Origin: Malacoraja senta
Taxonomy: Eukaryota
Assembly (NCBI GenBank): GCA_038087875.1
Contig: CM075995.1
Span: 5,706,001-5,770,000, forward strand
Length of the DNA: 64,000 bases
Reading direction: 5' to 3'
In this document: in pieces, positions 1-14,428 of the stretch
How the letters are laid out: every line of letters begins with the position of its first letter
Numbering within the stretch: position 1 is the first letter of the stretch
Made by a program: the position numbers and the translations under genes
Notes under the pieces: generated by a model
Database searches by the model: none
What the model was told of the DNA's origin: nothing
The model's input: only the letters and a program-made list of their open reading frames with translations

Positions 1-897
1 CACTGGCCAACAATGTCCCAACTACACTAGTCCCACTTGCCTGCGCTTGGTCCCTATCCCTCCAAACCTGTCCTTTCCATGTACCTGTCTGTTTCTTAAA
101 CGATGGGATAGTCCCAGCCTCAACTACCTCCTCTGGCTGCTTGTTCCATACACCCACCACCCTTTATGTGAAAATGTTACCCCTCAGATTCCTACTAAAT
201 CTTTTCCCCTTCACCTTGAACCTATGTCCTCTGTTCCTCGATTTCCCTACTCTGGGCAAAAGACTCTGTGCATCTACCCGATCTATTCCTTTCATGATTT
301 TGCATACCTCTATAAGATCCCCCCTCATCCTCTTACGCTCCATGGAATAGAGACCCAGCCTACTGAACCTCTCCCTATAGCTCACACCCTCTAGTCCTGG
401 CAACATCCTCGTAAATCTTTTCTGAACCCTTTCAAGCTTGACAATATCTTTCCTATAACATGGTGCCCAGAACTGAACAATATTCTAAATGTGGTCTCAC
501 CAACGTCTTATACAACTGTAACATGACCTCCCAACTTCAATACTCAATACTCTGACTGATGAAGGCCAAAGTGCCAAAAGACCTTTTGACCACCTTATCT
601 ACCTGTGACTCGACCTTCAAGGAACTATGCACCTGTACTCCCTGATCCCTCTGCTCTACAACACTACCCAGAGGCCTAACATTTACTGTGTAGGTCCTGC
701 CCTAGTTCGATGTCCCAAAATGCAACATCTCACACTTCTCTGTATTAAATTCCATCAACCATTCCTCCGCCCACCTGGCCAATCGATCCAGATCCTGCTG
801 CGATCCTTCACAACCATCTTCACTATCTGCAAAACCACTAACTTTTGTATCATCAGCAAACTTGCTAATCTTGCCCTGTATGTTCTCATCCAAATCA
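1..897 (-). mobile_element. CR1 LINE 3' fragment
   Basis: ISKFADDTK, WLMEFNTEKC, RGDLIEV, SRNRGHRFK motifs. Confidence 0.9.
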
Positions 898-2689
898 ACG
901 TGGTTTGCCATAACTTATCTACCTGATAACGAGTTTCACATTCTCACATTCTTGATATATCTGCAGTTACAATTAGGTCTGAAGAAGGGTCCCGATCCGA
1001 ATCATGCCTATCCATCTCCGCCAGTGATGCTGCCCGACCCGCTGAGCTACTCTAGCATTTGTGTCTTGTATTATCAGCAACAGTGCTTGCAAAGAATGGC
1101 CGTAACAAAGTAGATTTATATATTTTCATCAATACTATGTCCAGAGTGCTGATCATTCAGATTATTTTTTTAATTTGGTGCACATATTTGTGCTTAAAAT
1201 TATCCTTCATTGTGCCCTCATCCTCCAGTGCTTAGATACTAGTTTACTTAATTTACACTACTTTACTAAGCTTACTTGTTTACTAAACTTACACTACGTA
1301 GTTTAAAGCAGCCCCAGAGGTCACAGGAACACCAGGTTGAAAGAGAAGATAGCACAGTTTTGCATTTGCTCTTGATTACTCCTTTGAAAAGGTGTTGGTA
1401 GATGGATCTTCAGGGAGGTTACAGTGGCACAGCTGGTAGAGCTTCTGCCTCAAGGCACCAGAGACCAAGGTTGGATCCTGACTTCGGGTGTTGCCGGTGT
1501 GGAGTTCACATGTCCTCCCTGTGACCGCGTGAGATTCCTCCTGTTGATCCCGTTTCCTCCCACATCCCAAAGACGTGCAGGTTTGTGGGTTAATTGGCCT
1601 CTATAAATTCCCCCTAAATGTGTAGAAAGTGGTTAAGAAAGTGGGATAACATAAAACGAGTGTGAATGGGTGATGGTCAGCATTGACGGTTTGGGCCGAA
1701 GGGCCTGTTTCTACGCTGTGTCTCCAAACTAAGCGAAAACTACATGTGTAGCCCCTGTGGCTCGCCATACTGTATATTATCTTCGTCTAGCGCTTGTTGT
1801 GAAGGATGGGATAAGCATCAGTGAGCTTCAGGTAACAAGATTCAGTCCTTTCATGGGAGAAAGGAGAAAAACAATTTAATAAAACTGCACTTCATGCACA
1901 AGTGAGGAATGTGCGCCATTCAAAAAGTAAAAGTTCAAAAATGCAGCGCATCGAGCATCACCACCGATTCCCACCGAATCATTACGATTTTATGAATAAT
2001 CCATCCTTGCATGGTCTTGCATCTCGAAGGAGCTTTAACAAGTTCTAACCCAGAATGGGCTCAGGCACAAGGCAAGTTGCTGCACATGGCTGGACTTTAC
2101 GTAACCAATTCAACATGGCACGGATTCAGTGAGAATAGTTCTCCAGCATTCAACAACTCTACCCCCAACCTCTCTCTCCCCACAGCAAATGAACAAGCAG
2201 CAACACCAGAAATCCCATCCTTGCTAATCCATCCATCTGATCATCTTATTGTGTCTTCTGATTGGGTACCAAAACAACATGGATTTGTTTAAAAAAAATC
2301 AAATCACATTATAAATGCAAGATACAATAAATGAACTATTTTCCATTCAACCATGGAGCAGTAAGTTTTCAACAAGCAATGTGACATGATTTCATTGGGG
2401 ATACCAGTTGGACAGGAAGCCACCTTGCTTTCTGTTCCTGTTTAAACTCCAGCTGCCACCCCTGCACAATGCATGAATGCCATGTTCAAGGAGCAAAATT
2501 AGGCCATTCGGCCCATCAAATCTACTCCACCATTCAATCATGGCTGATCTATTTTTCCATCCTAACCCCATTCTCCTGTCTTCACCCCATAACCCCTGAC
2601 ACCCTTACTAATCTATAATCTGTCTACCTCCATCTTAATAATGTCCACTGTAGGATCAGACTGGCAACTCGTATTAGAATATTCTTAAA

Positions 2690-4098
2690 CATAGAAACAT
2701 GGAAAATAGATGCAGGAGCATTCGAACGTTCGAGCCAGCACCGTCATTCAATATGATCATGGCTGATCATCCAAAATCAGTACCCCGTTCCTGCTTTCTC
2801 CCTTTATCCCTTGATTCCTTTAGGCCTAAGAGCTAAATCTAACTCTCTCTTGAAAACATCCAGTGAATCGGCCTCCACTACCTTCTGTGGCAGAGAATTC
2901 CACAGATTCACAATTCTCTGGGTGAAAAAGTTTTTCCTCATCTCAGTCCTAAATGGCCGACCACTTATTCTTAAACTGTGAACCCTGGTTCTAGACTCCC
3001 CCAACATCGGGACAATTTTTCCTGCATCTAGTTCTGAAAATATTAATGAGAAGCTTGATTTCAAAGCATTGTGCAAGATTACAGAGGGATTTGAACAACG
3101 ATCATCAAACCTGCAGTTCCTGTTCCAGCCATGTTGCAAATATTAACCACGTAGAGGTGCAGGACCATCACACGAGCTGTGCAAACTCACGCTTGCTGCT
3201 CCAATTACATTTCTTAGCTTTTATAGGCTTCCAGGATCAACAATGAGTCATCGAGAAACAGGCCTTTCGGCCCACCTCCTCCATACCACCATGTTGGCAT
3301 ATTGGTCTAGAACCATAACCCAGCCTATCCTTATATCTGTCCGACTGTCTTTTAAAAGTCATAATTGCATCTGCTTCTATAGGCTCCTCTGGCACTTCAT
3401 TCCAGATACGGACTACTCTCCAAGTGAAAGGATGCACCTGAGGCCCCACCTTAAATCTCTCCCTCCTCACCATAAGCCTCTAGTTTTAAAATCCATTATT
3501 CTGGGAAAAAGATTGAGAGTCTTTTATCCGTGCCCCTCATCATCTTGTACACCTCAATTAGGTCCACGTTCACAAGTAATAGGAGTATAATTGGGCTATT
3601 TGGTCCATCGAGTCTACTCCGCCATTCAATCATGGCTGATCTCTGCCTCCTAATCCCATTTTCTTGCCTTCCACCCCATAACCCTTGACTCCCATTCTAA
3701 TCAAGAGTTTGTCCATTACTGCCTTAAAAATATCCACTGACTTGGCCTCCACAGCCCTCTGTAGCAATGCGTTCCACAGATTAACTACCCTCTGACTAAA
3801 GAAGTTCCTCCTCACCTCTTTTCTAAAAGAGCGCCCTTTAATTCTGAGGCTCTGACCTCTGGTCCTGGACTCTCCCACCATTGGAAACATCCTTTCCACA
3901 TCCACTCTATCTATGCCTTTCATTGTTCTGTAAGTTTCAATGAGGTCCCCCCTCAATCTTCTAAACTCCAGCGAGTGGAGGCTCAGTGCAGTCAAATGCT
4001 CATCATATTCTAACCCACTCATTCCTGGAATCATTCTTGTAAACCTCCTCTGGGTCCTCTCCAGAGCCAGCACATCCTTCCTCAGATATCAGGCCCAC
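2690..4098 (-). mobile_element. Cluster of CR1 LINE 3' fragments (~2690-3031, ~3250-3560, ~3577-4098)
   Basis: SRTRGH/FFTQRVVNLWN CR1 ORF2 C-terminal motifs and 3'UTR tails. Confidence 0.85.
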
Positions 4099-4099
4099 A

Positions 4100-4490
4100 T
4101 TTGAATTGAATACATTTTATTCGCCAAGTATGTATACATACAATGAATTTGCCTTGGTGCTCTGCTCGTAAGTAACAACACGATATACAGTAAACAATTA
4201 AGAATCAAATATTATAATTTAAACATGTGAAGAATGAAATAAAATACCAGAACAAAAGGAGGCTACAGACTCTTGATTGTTGAGTAGAGCTACAGCTCGT
4301 GGAAAAAAGCTGTTTTTATGTCTGGCCGAGGCGGCTTTGTCAGTCCGGAGTCGCCTTCCAGAGGGAAGCGCTTCAAAGAGTTTGTGGCCAAGGTGAGAGG
4401 GGTCAGAGATGATCTTACCCGCTCGCTTCATGGCCCTTGCAGTGTACAATTTGTCAATGGGGGGGGGCGAAGGTTGCAGCCAACAACTTT
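4100..4490 (-). mobile_element. Rex1/Babar LINE 3' fragment
   Basis: IISDPSHLGHKLFEALPSGRRLR...NSFFPRAVALLN. Confidence 0.82.
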
Positions 4491-6268
4491 CTCGGTTTTG
4501 CTCACAGTACTCCAATTGTGGCCTGACCAGCGCCTTATCGAGCCTCAGCATTACATCTCTTTGTATTCCAGTCCTCTTGATATAAATGCTAGCATTGAAT
4601 TTGCCTTCCGATTCGACTTGCAAATTAACTTTTTGGGAGTCCTGCACCAGTACTCCCAAGTCCCTTTGCACCTGCAATTTCTCTATTACATCTCTTACAA
4701 TAAGGTTATCCCTCAGCCTCCAATAGTCCAAAGAAACAAAAAAGTCCCAGCCCTATTCAACCTTTTCTTCTAACTCAGTGAGTTGCGTTCACCACTGTGT
4801 CTGGTTGGAATGATCACGTCACACAGAAGATGACATTCATAGAATCAAAAGCATGCAAGAAAAGAACAGGTGTTAAAATGGAGCCAAGAGATTACTCTAC
4901 AAACCTTAATAATTTAACTCGCTTGCCTCACCTCCTTCTGCACTTAGTTCAGTTCAGTTTAGAGTTTCAGCATGGAAGCAGGCCCTTCGGCCCACCGACC
5001 AGCAATCACACCAGTTCTATCCTATACACCAGCGACAATTTACAGATGCCAATTAACCTACACGTCTTTGTGACGTGGGAGGAAACCGGAGCAGCCAGAG
5101 AAAACCCACGCAGTCACAGGGAGAAGGTACAAACTCAGACTGTACTCAGAATGTAGACTGAACCCAAGGTTAGGATCAAACCCGGGTATCTAGCGCAAAA
5201 AGGCAGCAACTCTACCGCTGCGCCGATGTGCCGCCCTTAAAAATCCAGCCAGATTTGGAAGTTCACTTCTCTAATCTTGTGCATTACTTTCCACAGCTGC
5301 GGGAGTCCACAAGCTAATCAGCAAATAACCTAGTGCTAGTTAGCCCATGCCCCTTAAACTATCAGCAAAGAAACAAATACTGCCCACACTACAGACCAGG
5401 CTTCATCTGGCAAAGAGGAAATTACTCTGCCCTATTTTGGAAATGTTACTTCTCCTTCTCAGTGGAATATAATCACAAGGGTGTCTCATCAAATCACATG
5501 GCCTTATTTCCTCTGTGCTGGGATAAGATCAGTTAACTTGAAGGAGCGCTTAGCTACAATCAGAGATTGGATCATTTTCTCTGTCAGAGTGTCTTCCACC
5601 ACAGAGAAGAATGTTGATTCTACTGTGGTGGATGTTCATGTTATATTCTATTGTGTATTGTGCTCTTTTATTTGTATGGCTGCATGGTAAGTCAAATTCC
5701 ATTGTACCTTAATTAGTGCATGTGGCAATAAATGTGAACTTGAACTTGAACTTTAGAAGGATATCAAATTATGAGAGGCATTGATAGGGTAGACATTCAG
5801 AACCCTTTCCCCCCTGAGTGGAAATGTCAAAGACTAGAGGGTATATCTTCAAGGTAGGAGGGGCAAAGTTTAAAATGAATATGCGAGGAAATGCAGGGAA
5901 TGGGGGGAGACAGTTGATGTGCAGGCAGATGGGATTAGTTTATCTTGGCATCAAGTTCGGCACAGACTTTGTGGGCCGAAGGGCTTGTTCCAATACCTTT
6001 CTTTTCTATGCTCTCGGGCTCAGAGGTTAAAGAAAAATTGATCAGAAAGTATGTTATAAGTTAATCATAAAAAGGCAATAAGATCACCTACTCAACAGCG
6101 GGTAAAATGTAAAGGAAGGAATGTACTGTTTAAATGGACGGACGGACACAATTCTAAACTCTCAGTGTACTATGACTACTCCCCTGCAAACAAGTATTGC
6201 TGCCATACAGCTCCAGAGACCTGGGTTCAATCTTGACTGCGGGTGTTGTCGGTATGGAGTTTGTATGT

Positions 6269-6496
6269 GTAGGAAAGAACTGCAGATGCTGGTTTAAACC
6301 GAAGATAGACACAAAATGCTGGAGGAACTCAGCAGGACAGGCAGCATCACTGGAGAGAATGAATGGGTGACGTTTCAGGTTGAGACCCCTCTTCAGAAGG
6401 GTCTCGACCAGAAACGTCACCTATTCCTTCGCTCCATAGATGCTGCCTCACCCGCAGAGTTTCTCCAGCATTTTGTGTCTATCTTCGGTTTAAACC
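6269..6496. mobile_element. Penelope pLTR fold-back unit nested in a SINE
   Basis: About 100-bp inverted arms meeting at the CTTCAGAAG apex. Confidence 0.8.
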
Positions 6497-6872
6497 CCGA
6501 ATCTCTGAATTAACCGTGTCACTCTCCTTGGGTTTTGTCTGTGTGGTTTTGCTCCGGGTGCTCCGATTTCCTCCAATGCCCCAAAGATTTGCAGGGTTTG
6601 TAGGTTAACTGGCCTCTGTAAAAATTGCCTCTCGCATGTATCGCGAAGTGGATGAGAAATTAGAATAGCATAGAACTAGTGCAAACGGGTGATTTATGCT
6701 TGCTGTGAACTCAGTGGGCCGAAAGGCCTGATTCGATGCTGTATCTCTAAACTAAAAAAGACAAGAGGTTGGAGCTAAATGACAAAGAGGGAGGATCAGC
6801 TCTGCCTAGACGACTGCGAGAAGTGTGCACTCTAGTATCCTTGAGTGCACATTACCAGTGTTCAGTACGGCA

Positions 6873-7195
6873 GGGCGGCACGGTGGCGCAGCGGTAGAGT
6901 TGCTGCCTTACAGCGCTTGCAAGGCCGGAGACCCGGGTTCAATCCTGACTACGGAGCGCTGTCTGTACGCGGAGTTTGTACGTTCTCCCCCGTGACCTGC
7001 GTGGGTTTTCTCCGAGATCTTCGGTTTCCTCCCACACTCTAAAGACGTACAGGTTTGTAGGTAAATTTGCTTGGTATATGTGTAAATCGTCCGGTAGGAT
7101 AGTGTTAATGTGCAGGGATCACTGGTCAGCGTGGACCCGGTGGGCCGAAGGTCCTGTTTCCGCGCTGTATCTCTAAACCAAATTAAACTGAACTA
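6873..7195 (+). mobile_element. tRNA-derived V-SINE (HE1-like), full length
   Basis: A box TGGCGCAGCGG, B box GGTTCAATCC, V-domain GGTTTCCTCCCACA, CR1-like tail ending in TAAAC-type repeats. Confidence 0.88.
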
Positions 7196-7220
7196 ATTTC
7201 TCACTCCGATGCTGACAGTA

Positions 7221-7580
7221 CAGTAAACCCTTGCTGTAACGGACCTCTATATAGCGGATGTCGGTTAAAGCGGACAGAGGCTTTAAACAGTTACACAATG
7301 GCTGCAAGAAGCAGAGAGAGCGAGCAGCATGAAGGTGGTGTGAGTACCAGGCCAGTTCCCGGTGCACCGTGTGTGGGGCCTGGAGCTCTGCTGCTCCCCG
7401 GCCTGTGAATTCCTGCTCGTTTAAACCCCCCTCTCCCAACTGTGTTTCTTCCCTCCCGGCCTTGGGTTAAACGTTACACACCCCCCCCCCCCCACTCGGT
7501 TATAGCGTACAATCGGCAATAACAGACACCATCCCTCCCCCCCCCCCCCCCCCCCGGACTGTTATTGTGAGGGTTTACTG
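7221..7580. mobile_element. Tc1/mariner (pogo/Tigger-like) MITE
   Basis: TA|CAGTAAACCC ... GGGTTTACTG|TA, i.e. terminal inverted repeats with a TA TSD. Confidence 0.85.
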
Positions 7581-7967
7581 TATTTACGAATCCTAAAAGA
7601 ACGTGGCATTTGTTTAATGTGTTGGAAGGAACTGCAGATGCTGGTTTACCACCGAAGATAGACTCAAAATGCTGGAGTAACTCAGCGGGACTGGCAGCAT
7701 CTCTGGAGAGAAGGAATGGGACTTATATCGCATGGGAAAATTAATTCAGTGGGACAGAAGTAGGCAGAAACAATGTGTCTGCCAGGGCAGTTCTGCTTAT
7801 GGATTTTGGAGAGAAGGTAAAATAAGGCTGTGCGGGGCTGGGGAACGATAAGGTTGGAAGCTGTGGAGGGGAGACAGCCGAAAGTTATTAAATCAGAAAT
7901 GGGCTGTGAGATTGTGGCCTGGTACTCATCTGTGGGTTCATTCTTTCTCTCCAGAAATACTGCCTGA

Positions 7968-8020
7968 AGGGCCTGTCCCACTTGGGCGTTATTTGGGCAT
8001 TATTTACGCGACATCATTTA
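7968..8020. mobile_element. Single end of the same Harbinger-like MITE family
   Basis: AGGGCCTGTCCCACTTGGGCG; no partner TIR seen. Confidence 0.6.
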
Positions 8021-10161
8021 TTTAACATTTGTTTAACTCACTTTCAACCGTGTCAGGTTACAGAGCCAAATCTGATGTACCTTTGTCCTCTCCATCCCAC
8101 AAACCCCTTGACCGACTTTAGCAGCCGAACAGTGAATCGAACAAGAAAGATTCACGCGTTGCTCTTAGCTGCTGACAAAAGATGCGCACCCTTGGCACTG
8201 ACAAACTTCCTGCAGTTCACATAAATATCTCATGGATAGAAGCTCGGGTCCAAGTTGGCAGCAGATAGGAGGACACTTCTGCACAAATGGGTCCCCCTAT
8301 GCTTTTTACAAGTAAATTACACGATAATAAAGGATTCTTGCTGCTGTGGTATGGTTCTATTCAGTGGCGTTTGCGGGTCATGCTGATATCTGTGTGCTCA
8401 CCATCCATGAAGTTGTGAGCATTTCCACTCTAATCCCATTATAACAAGCAGCAGCATCAAGGAACCCACACGGAGGAGGCTGCTGCTACCCTCGTACCTG
8501 TAGGACTGATACTCATCCACACTGTGAGGTGCCAAAAAAACCTTGGAAACTCAAGAGTGTTGGATTGAAGTGTTGAACAGTGCGACCATGCTTCATGTTA
8601 GCTGAAGCACGCATGGCAACCAGCTTGCACTAACTGGGTTGGAAAGTCACAGAATCAACTATTTTGATTTTACAAGGCACAAGAGGTTGCCATTCGGCCC
8701 ATTGTGTCCATTCTGGCTCCTTGTGGAGCAATCCCGTCAGACTCCCTGGCGTAGGAAGGAGCTGCAGATGCTGCTTTACACCGAAGGTAGACACAAAGTG
8801 CTGGAGTAACTCAGCAGAGCAGGCAGCATCTCTGGAGAGAAGATAGAGAAATCCCTTTCTCTTTCTCTGCAGACTTGCAAATTATTCCCTCTTACATGCC
8901 TTTCTAATTCAGGACACCAGACTATACTTCTGGTCTCAATGTGGTGTCAGAGATTATGTCAATGTTAGGATTAGCAGGTTAGGAATATTAACTCCTGGAT
9001 CCAGAGGGTCCAGAATTCAGTGGAAATTGCTGAGCAGCAGCATTCCTCTTTGGAACGGATGATCATGGCCCTGGAGAGTCTGCTCGCTGAGTTTTTACAG
9101 TGTAATTAGAAACTGACTTGAGGTTATTTAAAGCACAGGAGAGACTGGACTGTGAATTTATGAATGGTACAAACAGAAGACCTGGTTGCCCATCAGTAGT
9201 AAGCTGTTCATTCACTGATGGAAGTAGGAAAGCTGGTGTCCTCACCTGGTCTGACCAGTTGACAATTCACTGCCTTGCTTGATTCTAAATTGCCATCTGA
9301 AATGCCTAAGAAGCTCTGCTATGGTATTAGGACTGGATTATAAAGCCTGGTGCTGAGGGAATGCTGCCCCTTAAGTATTGCCTATCATAGGTTCATAAGT
9401 ACTAAGAGCAGAATTAGGCCATTCGGCCCATCGTCTACTCCGCCATTTCAATCATGGCCAATCTATCTCTCCCTCCTAACCGTATTCTCCTGCCTTCTCC
9501 CCATAACCCCCTGACACCCGTACTGATCAAAAATCTATCTGTCTCTGCCTTAAAAATATCCATTGACGGCCTCCACGGCCTTCTGCGGCAATGAATTCCT
9601 TACAACCTTTACAACATTAAACCAACATTTTGTTTGGCCTCGTTAGGTGATTATAAAAGACCCTAGGGCATTTTGCTCGAACCTCATAATCCCAAGAAAC
9701 AATTGAAAAAAAAATGTATATTTCAAACTGTAGAACTGAAATCCAAGTGCATGGATTATTCTGGGTGAATTCATAACTTTAATCAGTAGAAACAGGGAAC
9801 TGCAGATGCTGGTTTACCAAAAAAAAGGCACAAAGTGCTGGAGTAACTTACGGGACAAGCAGCATCTCTGGAGAAAATTGATAAGGTGACATTTCAGGAT
9901 TGCGACGCTTCTTGAAGAGTGTCGACCCGAAACGTCACCTATCCATGTTCTGCTGAGATGCTGCCTGACCCACAGAGTTACTTCAGCACTTTGTGTATTT
10001 TTTTTAATAACTTTATTCCCCGTGCACTGCAGACTGTTCCCCATCCCAATATTGGCATTGTAATCACTAACACTTTCATTACCCACTGGACTTCATTCTT
10101 CCCATCCAGCCGTTCACTACAACCAGACCCTAGGGCTAGACCAGGATGTGCAAACACTTAC

Positions 10162-10331
10162 TCAGATCCACTTTCCACCATCTGCGTTAGGAGGGAGATG
10201 CCGTCAAGGTTAATGAACTCCTGGGCAAAGGTGACGTCGAGGGAATGATTAGCCAAGTCTTTCAGTGCTTCTAATTTAGCATCCATGCTGGAAGACTGGA
10301 TTCTCTCATGGATCGCCTGTGCAATTTGCGT
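10162..10331 (-). CDS. ELMO1: ELMO1 coding exon 5, TQIAQAIHERIQSSSMDAKLEALKDLANHSLDVTFAQEFINLDGISLLTQMVESGS; gene continues beyond the left edge
   Basis: 170 bp, acceptor TATCCAG, donor GA|GTAAGT. HERIQSSSMDAKLEALKDLA and DVTFAQEFINLDGISLLTQMVESG fit ELMO1 rather than ELMO2 or ELMO3. Confidence 0.97.
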
Positions 10332-11129
10332 CTGGATAAGTAATTAAGAGACAAGAACAAAAGATAGGCAGAAAATATACTCAGGGCATAAGCTTGCTTT
10401 GATCGTCCTCCCACTCAAATGAACCTGTTCCAAAACAGAGCACAATTCCATGGAAAGTACATAAATCAGCCAGACATTATTCTAAAGGGCCAATCCACAG
10501 TGTAAAGGGTCTGCAGATTATTCAGGTTTACACCAAGTTCTACGTAGACTTCACAAAATGGGTAACTCGTAATAGGAAGCCCAGTTAATATCCTCCGCAC
10601 CAGCTGAGATGGTGACCAATGGTCCAATGGGAATCTCAGGGGAAACAGCATTTTAAAAGAATTATCATGCGGTGAATTGAAAGCTCAGGCTCATTTCTTT
10701 ATACCAAGTGCAAAAAGCTGCAACTGGACTGAACCTTGGGGTTGATCTGCTTCAGTTGAAGATTCTCATGATCCTGATTCATTCACAAGGAAAAAGTGTT
10801 GAAAATTACTAACCTTCCCTCTCTTAAATATCTACTCCCTCCCCACAAAAATAAGAAACTCAAAAGGTTTTCTTTTAGTCAGCATTATGCTGTTTAAAAC
10901 TCCCGTCTACTTACTCTCTATGAGTTTTTTACTCTCCACCAAATTCACATGATCACAGTCAGATAAAGCATGACTTGCTGAGAAAATGCCTTTTGTGACC
11001 TTTATGTAAGCCAGAGTGCTTTGTATCCCAATGAAATGCTTTTGCACCACTGTCACTCTTGTAGAGTAACCAATGTATGCATTGCAAGATTACACAAATA
11101 ACAGTGTGATAATGACCAAGCTCACTTTA

Positions 11130-12840
11130 TTTAGAGAATTATGTTCAGTTCTGGGCACCAAGTTATAGGAAAGACGTTAAGTTGGAAAGGGCACAGAGTA
11201 GATTTACGAGGATGTCGTCAGGACTAGACGGATTGAGCTACAGGGAGAGGTTAGGCAGGCTAGGAATTTATTCCTTGGACTGCAGGAGGATGAGGGGTGA
11301 ACTTACAGAGGTGTATAGACCATGAGAGGAATAGATAGGGTAAACGAACAATCTTTTACCCAGAGTACAGGAATCTAGAACCAGAGGACATAGGTTTACG
11401 GAGAGATGGGAAAGATTTAATAGGAACCGAGGGGCAACATTTTCACAGGGTGGAATGAGCTGCCAGAGGAGGTTATATAACAACATTTAAAAGACATTTG
11501 ATTATGTACATGGATAGGAAAAGGTTTAGAGAGATATGGGCCAAATACAGGCTGGCGGGACTTGTGTAGATGGAGCATCTTCGGTCATCATGGGCAAGTT
11601 GGGCCAAAGGATCTGTTTCCATGCTGGATGTCTCTATGACTCTAACATGTGTTTTTTTGCTAAGTAACGCTGTGCACTCAAGGCAGCAGCTTCTACGTTG
11701 TAGCACTCCCTCAATCCAGTACTGCAGCCTGGATGGTGCGATACAATGTTCAGAGTAAGATTTGACCCAGGGCTGAATAATGAATCATTCATGTACCTTT
11801 AATGAAAGGGACGAATAGCCTTTAGCTCCAGTTCAACCATTGCAATTAGTTTTTTTTAAGGCTGTCAGTGAGTTATTCTAATACAAGAAAGTTTTGTACC
11901 ACATCATGTGAAATTATATGAAATAAATAACGAGAGTCAAAAAAGAAATAGGAACATCACATGAACTACTTACTGGTGACGATGCCAAGCGAAGGATTGC
12001 ACCATTTTTTATTTCATTACGGTTCTGCGGAGGAATAAAAATCCAACATAGGTTATAGAGGAACAGGTTTAATTTTACATCAAGTACCTCACCCATCAAA
12101 TTGTTATTTCTTGTTTCTTTCAGTGGTAATGATCCAACAGTATGATCTTTTCTCGATCGTAATCCAATTAGAACAGAAACCTAAACAAATCCAAGGTCTC
12201 CAGTAATTAATCCCCAGAATGATTCCATGTACAATGTCAACATCTTGCTAATGCCTGGTACACAGAAGCTCATAATAACAGTTAATATGGAATTCTTTGC
12301 CACAGAAGGGTGTGGAGGCCAAGTCAGTGGATATTTTTAAGGCAGAGATAGATAAATTCTTGATTAGTACAGGTGTCAGAGGTTATGGGGAAAAGGCAGG
12401 AGACGCCCAGAGTCTTAACAGAGTCTAATGATCTTGCACAGAGAGGGGAATCGAGCACCAGAGGAAATAGGTTCAAGGTGAAGAGTAAAAGATTTAAAAG
12501 GAATCCGAGGGGTAACTTTTTCACACAGAGGGTGGTGGGTGTATGGAACAAGCTGCCAGAGGTAGTTGAGGCTGGGACTATCCCATCGTTTAAGAAACAT
12601 TTGGACAGGTACATGGATAGGACAGGTTTGGAGGGTTATGGACCAAGCGCAGGCAAGTAGGACTAGGGTAGCTGGTACATTGTTGGCCGGTGTGGGCGTT
12701 GGGCCCGAAGGGCCTGTTTCCACACTGTATCAATATGACTCCAATGGGGTTATGAGGGAGAGGGAGATCAGCCATGGTTGAATGGCAGAGTAGACTTGTT
12801 TGGGCCAAATGGCCTAATTCTACTCCTATACCATATGACC
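11130..12840 (+). mobile_element. CR1 fragments on both sides of ELMO1 exon 4 (~11130-11640 and ~12290-12840)
   Basis: RGNFFTQRVVGVWNKLP motif and CR1 3'UTR. Confidence 0.8.
11974..12024 (-). CDS. ELMO1: ELMO1 coding exon 4, NRNEIKNGAILRLASSP
   Basis: 51 bp, acceptor TTCCTCCGCAG, donor CCA|GTAAGT; matches ELMO1 NRNEIKNGTILRLTTSP. Confidence 0.95.
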
Positions 12841-13864
12841 TTAATTATAATAAGAAACTGCTTTCATCCAAAGTTTTCCCCTTCAGTGTCCACATCATTT
12901 CACTCTGAGGTTGGGGCGGCAGTCAGTGGGGAAAGATTACAGAGGTCCCCATCTTAGCTATATTTGCATATTGCCTAATTCTGAGAGATCTATTGCCATG
13001 GTGAGTGAGTTCCTCATTTAGTTTAGTTTAGTTGGAGATACAGCATGGAATCAGACCCTTCGGCCCACCGGGTCCACGCTGACCACTGATCACTCGTTCA
13101 CACTGGTTCTATGTTATCCACATATCCCTACTCAGTGGGGGCAATTTACAAAACCCAATTAACCTACTACCCCCTCTTTGGGATGTGGGAGGAAACCGGA
13201 GCAGCCGGAGGAAATGCATGCGGTCTCTGGGAGAATGTGCAAACTACACACAATCAGCACCCGAGGTCAGGATCGAACCTGGGTCTCTAGCACCATGAGG
13301 CAGCAGCTCTACTATAGTACCATGCAGGGGCAATCGCGAACACCTTCCTTCCTTAACTTGTCTATCACCGTTGCAGGACTGCATTAGCAACCGGTATCCA
13401 ACCGGTAACCCAACAATATTTTATCCAAATCACCATTTCATTGGTCTTCTTCACTAAAACATTTTTTTCTTCATCTCTTGAAGTTCTATTTCACCACTTG
13501 AGGGCAGCCTTCTATCAGCCTAAACCTCATTGTACAAAATATGCATACACGCACACAAAAGGTATTCACTTTAAATTGCACAGAGACATTTCAACAGATA
13601 ACAAGGAGATACAAACTTTAATGCCAAGAGGTCATAAGGTCATAAGTGATAGGAGCAGAATTAAACCATTCGGCCCATCAAGTCTACTCCGCCATTCAAT
13701 CATGGCTGATCTATCTCTCCCTCCAAACCCCATTCTCCTGCCTTTTCCCCATAACCCCTGATACCTGTACTAATCTACAATCTGTCTATCTCTGCTTTAA
13801 AATACCCATTGACTTGGCCTCCACAGCCTTCTGTGGCAGGGAATTCCACAGCTCTTCCACAGAG

Positions 13865-14428
13865 ACAATAGACAATAGACAATAGGTACAGGAGAAGGCC
13901 ATTCGGCCCTTCGAGCCAGCTGATCATCCCCAATCAGTACCCCATTCCTGCCTTCCCCCCTTATCCACTGACTCCCCTATCTTTAAGAGCCCTATCTAGC
14001 TCTCTCTTGAAAGTATCCAGAGAACCGGCCTCCACCACCCTCTGAGGCAGAGAATTCCACAGACTCACAACTCTCTGTGAGAAAAAGTGTTTCCTCGTCT
14101 CCGTTCTAAATGGCTTACCCCTTATTCCTAAACTGTGGCCCCTGGTTCTGGACTCCCCCAACATCGGGAACATGTTTTCTGCCTCTAGCGTGTCCAAACC
14201 CTTAACAATCTTATATCTTTCAATAAGATACCCTCTCATCCTTCTAAACTCCAGAGTGTAAAAGCCCAGCCGCTCCATTCTCTCAGCATATGATGGTCCC
14301 GCCATCCCGGGAATTAACCTTGTAAACCTACGCTGCATTCCCTCAATAGCAAGAACGCCCTTCCTCAAATTAGGGGACCAAAACTGCACACAATACTCCA
14401 GGTGTGGTCTCACTAGGGCTCTGTACAA
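13865..14428 (-). mobile_element. CR1 LINE 3' fragment
   Basis: LYRALVRPHLEYCVQFWSP...FFSQRVVSLWNSLP; (CTATTGT)n tail. Confidence 0.9.

Noticed and set aside
1787..1847. Possible alternative terminal ELMO1 exon (TESCYLKLTDAYPILHNKR*) in phase with exon 5
   Set aside because: Only a plausible acceptor and a short frame with no ELMO similarity; expected by chance.
6873..6950. tRNA-like heads with A and B boxes
   Set aside because: They run into the V-SINE body and CR1-like tail, so they are SINEs, not tRNA genes.
1..10161. Next ELMO1 exons (RYQKLQKIMKPC and FGDMLSFTL...)
   Set aside because: Not found by manual scanning. They probably lie left of the window, though a diverged micro-exon could have been missed.
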